Source of the DNA: an uncultured Bacteroidales bacterium
GTDB taxonomy: Bacteria > Bacteroidota > Bacteroidia > Bacteroidales > Bacteroidaceae
NCBI GenBank assembly: GCA_945787885.1
Contig: CALZJF010000002.1
Location: 33,264 to 97,263 of the forward strand
Direction: 5' to 3'
Length of the DNA: 64,000 bases
This document shows, in pieces, positions 21,094 through 31,045 of the stretch. How positions within the stretch are numbered: the stretch's first letter is position 1; each line of letters starts with the position of its first letter. The notes below the pieces were generated by a model. The model did no database searches. It saw only the letters and a list, made by a program, of their open reading frames with translations, and was not told where the DNA came from. Both the position numbers and the translations under genes were made by a program.

Positions 21094-22011
21094 ATGAAAC
21101 GAGTAGCTACTATCGGATTCTTTGACGGTGTACACCGAGGTCACCAGTACCTCTGCCAACAGCTCCGCGAGCTGGCTGGCGAAGAGGGGACGCCCATCAT
21201 CCTGACCTTTGCCAGACACCCGCAGCGTGTGCTCGGCCGTCAAGACCCTCCTCCCTTACTCACCACGAAAGAAGAAAAAATGCGTCTTCTCAAGTCCCTC
21301 TGCCGCGTCAATCAGATAGAAATTCTGGAGTTCGACCAGCGTATGGCAGGACTGACGGCAGAAGACTTCATGAACCATTATCTCCACAGCACCTTCGGCA
21401 TCACCCATCTCCTCGTCGGCTACGACCACCATTTCGGACGTCCACGCTGGGGCGAAGGAATTGAGAACTACCGCGAATATGGCAAGGAGGCTGGCATCGA
21501 AGTTGTAGCTGCACGCCAACTTCCGGAGATAAAAATATCCTCGTCGAAGATTCGCAGGTTCATCACGGCAGGCGACATCGAAGAGGCGAACAATATGCTC
21601 GGGCACACCTATATGCTGGCAGGCAAGGTGGTGAAGGGGCAGAAGCTGGGGCGCAAGCTCGGCATTCCCACTGCCAACCTCGCCGTAGCCGACCCTCTCA
21701 AGATGATTCCTGCCGATGGTGTCTATGTCTCTACGGTCAAGGCCGACGGGCAACTTTATCAAGCGGTGACGAACATCGGCAAATGCCCCACGCTGAAAAA
21801 GGGCGACACCACCACCATCGAGACCCACATCCTTGATGCAGACTGTCCGAACCTCTACGAGAAGGAGGTGGAGGTGTATTTCCACAAGCGTTTGCGCAAT
21901 GAGGTGGCGTTCGATAAGCCCGAAGCCCTGCTCGAACAGGTGCAGGCAGACGCTGAAGTGGCACAGGAATACCACCGCGAACATCCCTTCACGCTGGATA
22001 TGGCACTGTAA
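21094..22011 (+). CDS. ribF: Bifunctional riboflavin kinase/FAD synthetase
   Basis: GFFDGVHRGH, GYDHHFG, ISSSKIR, GIPTANL, NIG..PT, IETHIL. Confidence 0.95.
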   Translation: MKRVATIGFFDGVHRGHQYLCQQLRELAGEEGTPIILTFARHPQRVLGRQDPPPLLTTKEEKMRLLKSLCRVNQIEILEFDQRMAGLTAEDFMNHYLHSTFGITHLLVGYDHHFGRPRWGEGIENYREYGKEAGIEVVAARQLPEIKISSSKIRRFITAGDIEEANNMLGHTYMLAGKVVKGQKLGRKLGIPTANLAVADPLKMIPADGVYVSTVKADGQLYQAVTNIGKCPTLKKGDTTTIETHILDADCPNLYEKEVEVYFHKRLRNEVAFDKPEALLEQVQADAEVAQEYHREHPFTLDMAL

Positions 22012-22140
22012 CTTCCCCTTCCCCCAGAAGACTTCTACAGACGGCTGTCTCACAAAGGCAGCCGTCTCTTCGTATAAACCCTGCTGCGAACTAAGAAAAC
22101 CGCGGTTTCATCGCAAAAAACCATCGAATATCTACCAATT

Positions 22141-22953
22141 ATGTGGACTGCCATCATTGCTCTCCTGCTGCTATTGCTCTCGCAAGGCCTTTCCCTCATC
22201 GCCACTCTCGTCATCATGCTGATGCGCACCGGGAGGGAACTTTCATCGCTCTCCCCCAGTGCCCTTCTGCAGAACGAGCCCGATGCCTCCCTCTTCGGCA
22301 CCTGTAACCTTTTTTTCACCCTGCTTCTCATTTGGCTCCTCTGCTCCACGCGCCTCACCGCTCCCCGTCCGCTCCGCGCTTTCGCCCAAGGCATGCCGGC
22401 ACGCTGGGTTTGGAGCATCGTGGCTTTCATGCTGCTGTCTTTCGGACTGAGCCTGACGCTCCATCCCTTCGCCATTGAAGACGAGGTGGTGACGCGCACA
22501 TTTTTGTCGATGAAAGACAATGTCTGGTGCGTGCTCCTCATAGTCCTCGCGGGTCCCGTCTCTGAGGAATTGATTTTTCGCGCCTGTATCGTCCGTGTGC
22601 TCCGTCCTTCGGGCGGTTTCATCGCCATTTTGTGCAGTGCCCTTGCCTTCGCCGTTGTTCACGGCAACCTCATGCAGGGAATCCCCGCCTTCTTTATGGG
22701 CATTGCCCTCGCCCTCCTCTATCTCCACACGGGCGATGTCCGCCTCTGCATTCCCGCCCATGTCTGCAATAATCTCGTGGGCTACCTCCAAATGCGCTTC
22801 TGCCCCGACTCTGAATGGCTCGACGCATCGCCCGCATGGCTCCCCGTCAGTGCAGGCATGGCCCTCATCGTTGCAGGAAGCGCCTTGCTCTGCGTCTTCC
22901 TCCTTCGTGGAAATTCAGAGCCGTCGTCGCAGTCTCCCCTGCAAAATGCCTGA
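22141..22953 (+). CDS. CPBP/CAAX (Abi) family intramembrane glutamic endopeptidase
   Basis: Multi-TM; EELIFRA, FAVVH, HVCNN motifs. Confidence 0.88.
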   Translation: MWTAIIALLLLLLSQGLSLIATLVIMLMRTGRELSSLSPSALLQNEPDASLFGTCNLFFTLLLIWLLCSTRLTAPRPLRAFAQGMPARWVWSIVAFMLLSFGLSLTLHPFAIEDEVVTRTFLSMKDNVWCVLLIVLAGPVSEELIFRACIVRVLRPSGGFIAILCSALAFAVVHGNLMQGIPAFFMGIALALLYLHTGDVRLCIPAHVCNNLVGYLQMRFCPDSEWLDASPAWLPVSAGMALIVAGSALLCVFLLRGNSEPSSQSPLQNA

Positions 22954-23087
22954 TGCGGCGGCGGGCTTGCATCCGCTTTTTTCGCAGGAAACATTCCAAA
23001 CGCCAGCACGCCCTGCGCAGAAGTTCGTGGCTTCCGCGCAGGGCGTGCTTTTGCTATATATTATATATATGTGTATGTCAGGCGGAA

Positions 23088-23945
23088 TTATCCGTAGATA
23101 ATCTTTCCGTTCTCGTCCTCATACGGCGTGAGGTCCTTAGCATACTGGTTCATGGCGCGCAGACTCATGCCCATCGAGGAGAAACCGCCATCGTGGAAGA
23201 GATTCTGCATCGTCACCTTGCGGGTGAAGTCGGAGAACATCATGACGCAATAGTCAGCACACTCCTCCGCACTGGCATTGCCCAGCGGCGACATCTTGTT
23301 GGCAAAGTCCATCAGGTTCTCCATGTCCTTAATGCCCTTACCTGCCGTAGTGGGAGTGGGCGACTGCGAAATGGTGTTGATGCGCACATTCTTCTCGCGG
23401 CCATAGATATATCCGAAGCTGCGCGCAATGCTTTCGAGCATGCTCTTGGCATCTGCCATATCGTTGTAGCCAAAGAAGGTGCGCTGCGAGGCCACATACG
23501 ACAATGCTACGACGGAGCCATATTCAGCAATAGCGTCCTGCTTCTTCGCCACTTGCAGCATCTTATGGAAGGAGATGGCAGAAATATCGAGCGTCTTCTG
23601 CAAATAAGCGTAGTCCAGGTCATCGTAAGTGCGGTGCTTGCGCACATTCAGACTCATGCCAATGGAATGCAGCACGAAGTCGATTTTTCCTCCCAGGAGT
23701 CGCACGCTCTCTTCAAACACCTTCTCCAAGTCTTCCACACTCGTAGCGTCGGCGGGAATGACGGGAGCGTTCAGCTTCTCGCTCAGCACATTGAGTTCGC
23801 CCATACGCAGTGCCACGGGTGTGTTGCTGAGGGTGATGGCGGCACCCTCCTCCACGGCCTTTTCAGCCACTTTCCATGCGATAGACTCAGAATTGAGTGC
23901 GCCGAAGATGATTCCGCGCTTTCCTTGTAATAAGTTGTGAGACAT
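23088..23945 (-). CDS. fabI: Enoyl-ACP reductase
   Basis: GKRGIIFGALNSESIAWKVA, LHSIGMS, YNDMADAK, INTISQSPTPTTAG. Confidence 0.93.
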   Translation of the reverse strand: MSHNLLQGKRGIIFGALNSESIAWKVAEKAVEEGAAITLSNTPVALRMGELNVLSEKLNAPVIPADATSVEDLEKVFEESVRLLGGKIDFVLHSIGMSLNVRKHRTYDDLDYAYLQKTLDISAISFHKMLQVAKKQDAIAEYGSVVALSYVASQRTFFGYNDMADAKSMLESIARSFGYIYGREKNVRINTISQSPTPTTAGKGIKDMENLMDFANKMSPLGNASAEECADYCVMMFSDFTRKVTMQNLFHDGGFSSMGMSLRAMNQYAKDLTPYEDENGKIIYG

Positions 23946-23987
23946 CTAAAATCGGTTGCTATAGTAGTTGTTACGAAATTTTCAGCA

Positions 23988-23995
23988 CAAAGTTA
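23988..23995 (-). promoter_or_regulatory. -7 promoter element (TAACTTTG) for fabI
   Basis: TAnnTTTG match 43 bp upstream of the start. Confidence 0.55.
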
Positions 23996-24110
23996 CGCGC
24001 TTTGTGCAAAAACCCTCCCTTTTCAGCCCAAAACCTGCACACGCCAGCCCTCATCTGTGCCATTGCGCCACCTCCACTTGCCTAATTTTGCGTAAAACGA
24101 GGCAAAAGGC

Positions 24111-24152
24111 ACGCCCCTTCCGCCAGCCACAGCGTGCCGGCAGAAGGGGCGT
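24111..24152. terminator. Hairpin downstream of the GH20 gene (likely terminator)
   Basis: ACGCCCCTTC/GAAGGGGCGT stem. Confidence 0.55.
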
Positions 24153-24213
24153 ATAGGAAAGAGGAGGGGGCCATGCCCTACCCCTCCGAAGAAGCGCAGG
24201 AAAGATGCCCGCT

Positions 24214-26601
24214 TCAGCGCACCATCAGCTCATCTACGAATAGGAAGCCGGGAGCTCCCTTGCCTCCGTGCCATTCAGGAATGCTGTGCTCCGACAGCAC
24301 CTTCACCTTCACATACCGCGCAGTCGTCGCATCGAATTGCAGGGCGTGAGGGATGATTCCGTCAGCATCGCCCTGCTTCATTGCAGGGAAGTCCGTAGCA
24401 GCCACCTCGCGGAACGTCGTGCCATCATCCGATGCCCACACCTCGAACCGCCGGGCATCGAAAATCCAGTCGCCCTTGGCCACACACGTGTTGAACGCCA
24501 CCTCACGGAACGTCGTCGCCTGCCCCAAGTCGATGACGGCATCGAGGTCCGTCCCGCTGAATCCGATCCACTGTCCGCTCTGGAAGTTCGTCGATTCCCC
24601 CTTCACTCCATCCACCAGCGTGGCGCTGCCTCCGAAGGTGTAGCGTGCGTGAGGCTCCTGCAGCAGCCGGATGGGGCGCGCCGTGGAAGCGCAGAACGCA
24701 AAGTCGCGGGCTCCCACGTGACTCATCACCATCTTGCGGGCCACGGAGTGGGCATGGGCATCGCCGAGGCGAATGGCAGCATAGCGCAGCCGGGCATCAG
24801 CATTGATGGCTATCGGACCCTCATAGGGCAACGACGATGCGCTGGGCTGGCTGCCGTCGAGCGTATAGTAGATGCGCGCATCATCGACGGTAGAGAGCCT
24901 TGCCTCCACACAGCCCTTGTCCGTGCAGGTGCGGAAGTCGGCATGCACATCATAGAGATGGCGCGCATAGTTGTACTCCATCTCGTCGTACACCTGCATC
25001 ATGCGGAGCGTGCGCTGCGTGAAGTCGGCATAATCCTTCGTGCCGCGCTGCGTCCACTGAATTTCCGCCAAGGCCGAGAGGCGCGGCAGGGCCATATATT
25101 CAATCTGGCGATAGGTGGGCATATACTCCGTCCACATGTTGGCCTGCACGCCGACGATGTATTTCCCCAAGTTGTCGCGAAGCATCTCGTCAGAGACGGG
25201 CTCATAGCTATAGACACGGTCCAAGGGCAGATAGCCGCCGATGGCATCAGGCTCTGCCGAAGTGTCGAGCGCCTGATAATAGTCGAAGTAGAGATACGTG
25301 TTCGGCGTCATGATGACATCGTGGTGCTGCTTGGCGGCCTCAATACCTCCCGCCTCGCCACGCCACGACATGACGGTAGCCCCATCGGCAAGTCCGCCTT
25401 CGAGCGTCTCGTCCCAGCCAATCATCTTGCGTCCGAGCTTCGCAAGGTGGGCCTCCGCATGGCGGATGACGTAGCTCTGCAGACGTTCCTCGGCAGAATG
25501 CCCGTCGCGCGCCTGAAGGCCCTCAGCCTCTATGCGCTGCTGGCATTTCGGACACTTCTTCCACGCCGTCTTCGGACACTCATCGCCGCCGACGTGAATA
25601 TACTCCGAAGGGAAAATCGCTGCCACCTCGTCGAGCACATCATCGATGAAGCGCAGCGTCTTGTCGTTTCCGGCGCAAAGCACATCGTCGCTCACGCCCC
25701 AGATGCGCCACACCTCATACGGCCCCCCCGTACAGCCCAGTTCAGGATAAGCCGCCAAGGCTCCGAGCATATGGCCCGGCATGTCAATTTCAGGGACGAT
25801 GGTGATATATCGCTCAGCGGCATACTTCACGATGTCGCGACACTCCTGCTGCGTGTAGAAGCCGCCGTAGGGGACTCCGTCATAGACTCCGCTGTTATGC
25901 CCAATGACGGTCTCGCGGCGCTTTGCCCCCACCTCCGTCAGCCGGGGATATTTCTTGATTTCCAGTCGCCAGCCCTGGTCGTCCGTCAGGTGCCAGTGGA
26001 AGCGGTTGATGTTGTGGAGGGCGAGCATGTCAATGAAACGGCGAATGCTGTCAGGCGCAACGTAGTGGCGCGACACGTCAAGGTGCGTGCCGCGATAGCT
26101 GAAGCGAGGCGCATCGGTGATGCTGACGGCCGGCACCGTCACCTCCTTCATCGCATTGGGTTTCTCCGCGCCGCGCACGCGGACCTTGTGCGGCAATGCC
26201 TTCCGCAGCGTCTGCACGCCATAGAATGTGCCGGCATCGCTGCCGCCGCAGATGCTGATGCCCGAAGCATCCACGCGGAGGCTGTAGCCCTCAGCGTTGT
26301 CCGCAGCCCCATTGCTGAGGGCGATAAAGTTGGCTGCGGGCGCCTTCCTTACCACATTCAGCCGCATCCCCGTGCGCTCTTCGATGTATTGCTGCAAGAA
26401 GCGCGCGTTGCGCTGCAAGCCCTTTCCCTTTCCCGCCACGATGACGGTCTGCGCATTGACGACGAAAGGCTGTGCCCCGGGGTTGGTCTTCACCGTCTGC
26501 GGGCGTGGCACGATGTTGAAATCAGCAGTCTGCGCCGTCGTGCCGAGACTACAAATGGCAAGGGCACCAGAAAGAAGAATACGAAAAATGTTTTTTCTCA
26601 T
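24214..26601 (-). CDS. Beta-N-acetylhexosaminidase GH20 with FN3-associated and F5/8-type C-terminal domains
   Basis: PRFSYRG.HLDVSRH, HWHLTDDQGWR, PEIDMPGH, HVGGDE catalytic pair, WTEY; signal peptide. Confidence 0.95.
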   Translation of the reverse strand: MRKNIFRILLSGALAICSLGTTAQTADFNIVPRPQTVKTNPGAQPFVVNAQTVIVAGKGKGLQRNARFLQQYIEERTGMRLNVVRKAPAANFIALSNGAADNAEGYSLRVDASGISICGGSDAGTFYGVQTLRKALPHKVRVRGAEKPNAMKEVTVPAVSITDAPRFSYRGTHLDVSRHYVAPDSIRRFIDMLALHNINRFHWHLTDDQGWRLEIKKYPRLTEVGAKRRETVIGHNSGVYDGVPYGGFYTQQECRDIVKYAAERYITIVPEIDMPGHMLGALAAYPELGCTGGPYEVWRIWGVSDDVLCAGNDKTLRFIDDVLDEVAAIFPSEYIHVGGDECPKTAWKKCPKCQQRIEAEGLQARDGHSAEERLQSYVIRHAEAHLAKLGRKMIGWDETLEGGLADGATVMSWRGEAGGIEAAKQHHDVIMTPNTYLYFDYYQALDTSAEPDAIGGYLPLDRVYSYEPVSDEMLRDNLGKYIVGVQANMWTEYMPTYRQIEYMALPRLSALAEIQWTQRGTKDYADFTQRTLRMMQVYDEMEYNYARHLYDVHADFRTCTDKGCVEARLSTVDDARIYYTLDGSQPSASSLPYEGPIAINADARLRYAAIRLGDAHAHSVARKMVMSHVGARDFAFCASTARPIRLLQEPHARYTFGGSATLVDGVKGESTNFQSGQWIGFSGTDLDAVIDLGQATTFREVAFNTCVAKGDWIFDARRFEVWASDDGTTFREVAATDFPAMKQGDADGIIPHALQFDATTARYVKVKVLSEHSIPEWHGGKGAPGFLFVDELMVR

Positions 26602-26627
26602 AGTATTTATATGGTGTATAGAGTTTT

Positions 26628-26707
26628 GGTAGGTTCTATAAATTAGTTTTCAATGTAAGACAGTGTTTCTGTTTCACTTGGACGCAAGCTAATTGATAGA
26701 ACCTACC
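26628..26707. mobile_element. MITE copy 4 (80 bp), TSD TTTT
   Basis: Same TIRs; TTTT on both sides; 26 bp upstream of the GH20 start codon. Confidence 0.85.
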
Positions 26708-26712
26708 TTTTT

Positions 26713-27079
26713 TTATATGCCGACATGCTCCCCCGTCTCTGAGAGATTGAAGGGCGACAGCTGTAGAGAATGACAGAAATGGCGCAACGGCTCTTCCGTG
26801 CTCACCGCACTGCCATCTTCATATAGGTAGGTTCTATAAATTAGTTTTCAATGTAAGGCAGTGTTTCTGTTTCACTTGGACGCAAGCTAATTGATAGAAC
26901 CTACCTATACAGAAAGCCCGGCATGACAGAAGGCCATGCTGTCCCTGGGCATTTCCCTTATCAGGAACGTCTTTCCCACGCGTCTTCTGCCATAAACAGC
27001 CGCAAGCTCTGGCCTGCCGCTTTCATAGAGCGCGCAGAAGTTCTTCCTGTTCTTCATTTCTGCCAATGATTTTTGCCAT
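26713..27079 (-). pseudogene. Decayed AAA/ATPase_2-type ATP-binding protein gene (frameshift, MITE insertion, probable large deletion)
   Basis: MAKIIGRNEEQEELLR, +1 frameshift, LYESGRPELAAVYGRRRVGKTFLIRE (Walker A). Removing MITE copy 5 and one TSD continues the frame as VYEDGSAVSTEEPLRHFCHSLQLSPFNLSET, which stops at 26713. Confidence 0.8.
26826..26905. mobile_element. MITE copy 5 (80 bp), TSD TATA, inserted in the ATPase pseudogene
   Basis: TATA at 26822-26825 and 26906-26909; one substitution relative to copy 4. Confidence 0.9.
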
Positions 27080-27102
27080 GACATGATGTCTTAAACGTGC
27101 AG

Positions 27103-27110
27103 CAAATTTA
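27103..27110 (-). promoter_or_regulatory. -7 promoter element (TAAATTTG) upstream of the ATPase pseudogene
   Basis: TAnnTTTG match 24 bp upstream of the ATG at 27079. Confidence 0.55.
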
Positions 27111-27165
27111 CTAAAAGCTAACGGAAACGACCTGCAAACGCCGCCATAATTGACCAAAATCAAGG

Positions 27166-27203
27166 AAAATGGCTGGACAACGAGGGTGTTATCCAGCCAT
27201 TTT
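27166..27203. terminator. Bidirectional terminator-like hairpin
   Basis: AAAATGGCTGGACAAC / GTTATCCAGCCATTTT, 15/16 match. Confidence 0.6.
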
Positions 27204-27290
27204 CAAGCAAACGCTCCGTTTTTTGCGAGAGATTCCCCGTCATTCTACATGAATCTTCAATTTTCCGACGGCTGTTTTTGCCTCGAATGT

Positions 27291-27458
27291 GACCATCTTT
27301 GGGGGTCAAGATGGTCATTTCCGAGGGTGATAATGGTCACTTCTGGGGACGGAAATGACCTCCGGGGAGGTGGAAGCTCCCTGAAACGGTCAGGGATGTC
27401 AGGGATTTCACGCTGGGAGAGGCCTCTTTTGCCTGTCAGAAACAGGCATTTTCAGGGA
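27291..27458. repeat. Second copy of the 22-bp-array plus CAGGCATTTTCAGGGA-tail element
   Basis: Units GACCATCTTTGGGGGTCAAGAT / GGTCATTTCCGAGGGTGATAAT / GGTCACTTCTGGGGACGGAAAT. The tail aligns with 8945-9046. Confidence 0.7.
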
Positions 27459-27461
27459 ATC

Positions 27462-27557
27462 GCCTCGCAGCACACGGGCCTCAACAAACAAAACTGACAT
27501 TCCCACGCACGATGAGGACAGATTTGCCTCGCAGCACACGGGCCTCAACAAACAAAA
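27462..27557. repeat. 32-bp perfect direct repeat with 32-bp spacer
   Basis: GCCTCGCAGCACACGGGCCTCAACAAACAAAA at 27462-27493 and 27526-27557. Confidence 0.85.
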
Positions 27558-27664
27558 ACACCCCATAAGCCAAACGGGCTTACAGGGTGCTGGGGGGAAA
27601 CAAGTAGATGCAGAACCTACCCTATATACGAAAGCTATGGGGATGGGGCGCGGACAACGCCTGC

Positions 27665-29032
27665 CTATGTCTGCTGAATCAGGGCGACGGCATCGGCAAT
27701 GCTGAGCTGCTGCTGCTCGCCCGTCGCCATATTCTTCAGCGTCAGCACTCCCGCCTGCATTTCGCTCTCTCCGACGAGGGCGACGAAGGGGATGCTGCGG
27801 GCATTGGCGTATGCCATCTGCTTCTTCATCTTTGCCGCATCGGGATAGACCTCAGTGGCAATGCCGGCGGCGCGGGCGGCGCGGGCGAGCTGCAGGCAGT
27901 GGGCAGCCTCGGCAGCACCGAAATTGATGAAGAGCAACTGCGTGCCTGCCTCCGCCTCCGCGGGATACAGGTCGAGCTGTCCGAGCACATCGTAAATACG
28001 GTCGGCACCGAAACTGATGCCTACGCCGCTCAGGCCGGGCATTCCGAAGATGCCCGTGAGATTATCGTAGCGGCCGCCGCCCGTGATGCTGCCTATCTCG
28101 ACATCGAGGGCCTTCACTTCGACGATGCACCCCGTGTAATAGTTCAGACCGCGTGCGAGCGTGAGGTCGAGCTCAAGCGCATTCGTCAGTCCGCCGCGCT
28201 CCACGGCTTCTATCACGGTCTCCACCTCCTGACATCCCAGCAGGCCCGTAGCGCTCGCTGCCAGGACGCGACGAATTTCCTGCAACTTCTCGGCGTTCGT
28301 GCCAGAGAGGGTGATGATGGGCTGCAGTGTCTCCACCTGTTCGGCAGAGAGGCCGGCGGAGGCAAGTTCGGCATTGACGGCATCAAGGCCAATCTTGTCG
28401 AGCTTGTCGATAGCCACGGTGATGTCGATTATCTTGTCGGCAGCCCCCATCACTTCGGCAATGCCGGTGAGAATCTTGCGGTTATTGAGCTTGATGGCTA
28501 CGCGGATGCCGAAACGGCGGAACACTTCGTCGATGATTTGCAGGAGTTCCACCTCATTGAGCAGGGAGTCGGACCCGACTACGTCGGCATCGCACTGATA
28601 AAACTCGCGGTAGCGTCCGCGCTGGGGCTTGTCGGCGCGCCAGACGGGCTGTATCTGATAGCGTTTGAAGGGAAGCTGTAGCTCCTCGCGATGCTGCACG
28701 ACGTAGCGTGCGAAGGGGACGGTGAGGTCGTAGCGCAAGCCTTTCTCGCAGAACTTTGCTGCCAGTTGGGGCGCGGTGGCTTCCTCGTAGAGCTGGGTGG
28801 AGACGGAGCGGGTGAAATCGCCTGAGTTGAGGATTTTGAAAAGGAGCTTGTCGCCCTCTTCGCCATACTTCCCCATCAGGGTGGAGAGGTTCTCCATCGA
28901 AGGTGTCTCGATGGGGCGATAGCCGTAAAGGCGATAGACGGAGCGGATGGTATCAAAAATATAGTTGCGACGCGCCATTTCTGTGGGACCGAAATCGCGC
29001 GTGCCCTTGGGAATGCTGGGTTTCTGTGCCAT
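27665..29032 (-). CDS. hisS: Histidine--tRNA ligase
   Basis: [61 protein letters not shown]. Confidence 0.97.
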   Translation of the reverse strand: MAQKPSIPKGTRDFGPTEMARRNYIFDTIRSVYRLYGYRPIETPSMENLSTLMGKYGEEGDKLLFKILNSGDFTRSVSTQLYEEATAPQLAAKFCEKGLRYDLTVPFARYVVQHREELQLPFKRYQIQPVWRADKPQRGRYREFYQCDADVVGSDSLLNEVELLQIIDEVFRRFGIRVAIKLNNRKILTGIAEVMGAADKIIDITVAIDKLDKIGLDAVNAELASAGLSAEQVETLQPIITLSGTNAEKLQEIRRVLAASATGLLGCQEVETVIEAVERGGLTNALELDLTLARGLNYYTGCIVEVKALDVEIGSITGGGRYDNLTGIFGMPGLSGVGISFGADRIYDVLGQLDLYPAEAEAGTQLLFINFGAAEAAHCLQLARAARAAGIATEVYPDAAKMKKQMAYANARSIPFVALVGESEMQAGVLTLKNMATGEQQQLSIADAVALIQQT

Positions 29033-29045
29033 TATTTATATAAGA

Positions 29046-29125
29046 TAGGTAATAAAAAATTATAAGTAAGTATATAGTAGGAATGATTATGGCTTATATT
29101 TCATAAAAATAATTTTCATTACCTA
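29046..29125. repeat. AT-rich 80-bp inverted-repeat element between the EEP gene and hisS (possible degenerate MITE)
   Basis: TAGGTAATAAAAAATTAT versus the reverse complement of 29109-29125, TAGGTAATGAAAATTAT. Confidence 0.5.
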
Positions 29126-29138
29126 CTTGAAAGGGGAA

Positions 29139-30287
29139 TTAGAGTTCTTTGACGAGATAGATTTGAGTGGGCAAGTGGTCAGAATATCCGTTGAGCCAGG
29201 TGCCTCCGGCATGAGTGCGGAGCGGATTGCCCTTGTAGCGGCCCTCCTGCTGGAAGAGGAAGTCGCGGACGAAGATGGCGTGCTGATAGAAGGTAAGCCC
29301 CTTGGAGAGGTCGAGCTCAGCCACTTTCTGCGGAGCCTTGAGGTTGTAGCGCGCATCGACGGCGTTGGCGGAGACGAGAATCTGGTCGAAGAGGTTCCAG
29401 CGATTGTTGTAGAGCAGCGTGCCTTGCCCTTGTTTGCGCAGGGTGTAATACCAAGGGTTGAAGAAGTCAGTGTCGCCCTGCAGCTCCGAGGCTTTGAATT
29501 TGCACGCCATGCCCTTCGTGAGCGAGAGATTGTCGGGGTCGTCGTTGAGGTCGCCCATGACGATGAATTTCATCTTGCCCTCATATTCTGCGGCAAGGGC
29601 ATCGACGAGGCGTCGCACTTGCTGGGCAGCGCGTTCGCGCGCCGGACTTTCTGCACCGCGGCTGGGCCAATGATTGACGATGAAGCAGATGGGCTCGCCG
29701 GCCATGCGCCCGATGGCGCAGAGGAATCCGCGCGTGATGTGGGTGGTGTCGCCATAGAGGGGGAGCGGCACGACGTGGCCGTCCTCCACGCGGAAGCCTA
29801 AATCGGCTTGCGGGGCATCGGCGGTGGGATAGATGTAGGGGACGTAGAGCTCGCGGTCGAGCTGGAAGAAGCGGGGATTGTAGAGGAAGGCGCAATCCAC
29901 GCCGCGGCGGTCGTCGGTGTCATGATGGACGATGCGGAGGCCGCGCCCTGCGAGTGCGGGCTGCGCAATGAGGTCTTCAAGCACCTGCCTGTTCTCCACT
30001 TCCGAAACGCCTACGATGGCTGCGCCCGCCTTCACGCGGTCGGTGCAGAGGAGGGAGATGACGTGGGAAAGGTTCTTCAGTTTCGACTGATACTTCATGC
30101 CATTCCATGCGTAGGAACCGTTGGGGAGGAAATCGTAGTCGTTCTTTCCGGGAGCATGGATGGTGTCGAAAAGATTTTCAAGGTTGTAGAATGCCACTCC
30201 GTAGAGTGCGAGGCGTTTTTGCTGCGTCGTGCTGGCGTGGGAGGCAAGGGCGACGAGGGCAAAAAGTACGAAAAACAATCTTTTCAT
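29139..30287 (-). CDS. Secreted endonuclease/exonuclease/phosphatase (EEP) family nuclease
   Basis: Signal peptide; FYNLENLFD, GVSEVEN, VNHWPSR, GDLNDDP, FDQILVS, YSDHLP. Confidence 0.92.
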   Translation of the reverse strand: MKRLFFVLFALVALASHASTTQQKRLALYGVAFYNLENLFDTIHAPGKNDYDFLPNGSYAWNGMKYQSKLKNLSHVISLLCTDRVKAGAAIVGVSEVENRQVLEDLIAQPALAGRGLRIVHHDTDDRRGVDCAFLYNPRFFQLDRELYVPYIYPTADAPQADLGFRVEDGHVVPLPLYGDTTHITRGFLCAIGRMAGEPICFIVNHWPSRGAESPARERAAQQVRRLVDALAAEYEGKMKFIVMGDLNDDPDNLSLTKGMACKFKASELQGDTDFFNPWYYTLRKQGQGTLLYNNRWNLFDQILVSANAVDARYNLKAPQKVAELDLSKGLTFYQHAIFVRDFLFQQEGRYKGNPLRTHAGGTWLNGYSDHLPTQIYLVKEL

Positions 30288-30470
30288 AGCGTTGCTAAAG
30301 AGGGGAATGTTTGGAATGGGGACACGGATGCCACGTGATTTTTCTGAACATGAATGGCGCGAATGGCACGAATGCTGCGCGATTTTTGCTTTTGGACACG
30401 GATGCCGCGTGAATGTTCATTGAACACGAATGGCACGAATAGCACGAATGCTGCGCGAACAGCTGTTTGT

Positions 30471-31045
30471 GAAGTATTCGTGTAATTAGTGCGATTCGTG
30501 TTCAGTCAAATTTTCCGCGTGGTAAACGTAGAACACGAATTACCCGAATAGCACGAATGGGCGTGAACTGCTGTTGCGAAGTATTCGTGTAATTAGTGCG
30601 ATTCGTGTTCAGTCAAATTTTCCGCGTGGTAAACGTAGAACACGAATTACCCGAATAGCACGAATGGGCGTGAACTGCTGTTGCGAAGTATTCGTGTAAT
30701 TAGTGCGATTCGTGTTCAGTCAAATTTTCCGCGTGGTAAACGTAGAACACGAATTACCCGAATAGCACGAATGGGCGTGAACTGCTGTTGCGAAGTATTC
30801 GTGTAATTAGTGCGATTCGTGTTCAGTCAAATTTTCCGCGTGGTAAACGTAGAACACGAATTACCCGAATAGCACGAATGGGCGTGAACTGCTGTTGCGA
30901 AGTATTCGTGTAATTAGTGCGATTCGTGTTCAGTCAAATTTTCCGCGTGGTAAACGTAGAACACGAATTACCCGAATAGCACGAATGGGCGTGAACTGCT
31001 GTTGCGAAGTATTCGTGTAATTAGTGCGATTCGTGTTCAGTCAAA
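30471..31045. repeat. Tandem array of 107-bp units (5 identical plus 1 partial) of inverted REP-like arms; degenerate lead-in from ~30319
   Basis: Unit starts at 30471, 30578, 30685, 30792, 30899 and 31006. Arms GAACACGAATTACCCGAATAGCACGAAT and ATTCGTGTAATTAGTGCGATTCGTGTTC. Confidence 0.95.

Noticed and set aside
27615-27624. AGAACCTACC partial match to the MITE right end
   Set aside because: Only 10 bp with no partner end; could be chance.
30471-31045. 107-bp arrays (also 46076-46610) as CRISPR
   Set aside because: Spacers are identical or near-identical within each array, the arms alternate in orientation, and no cas genes are present.
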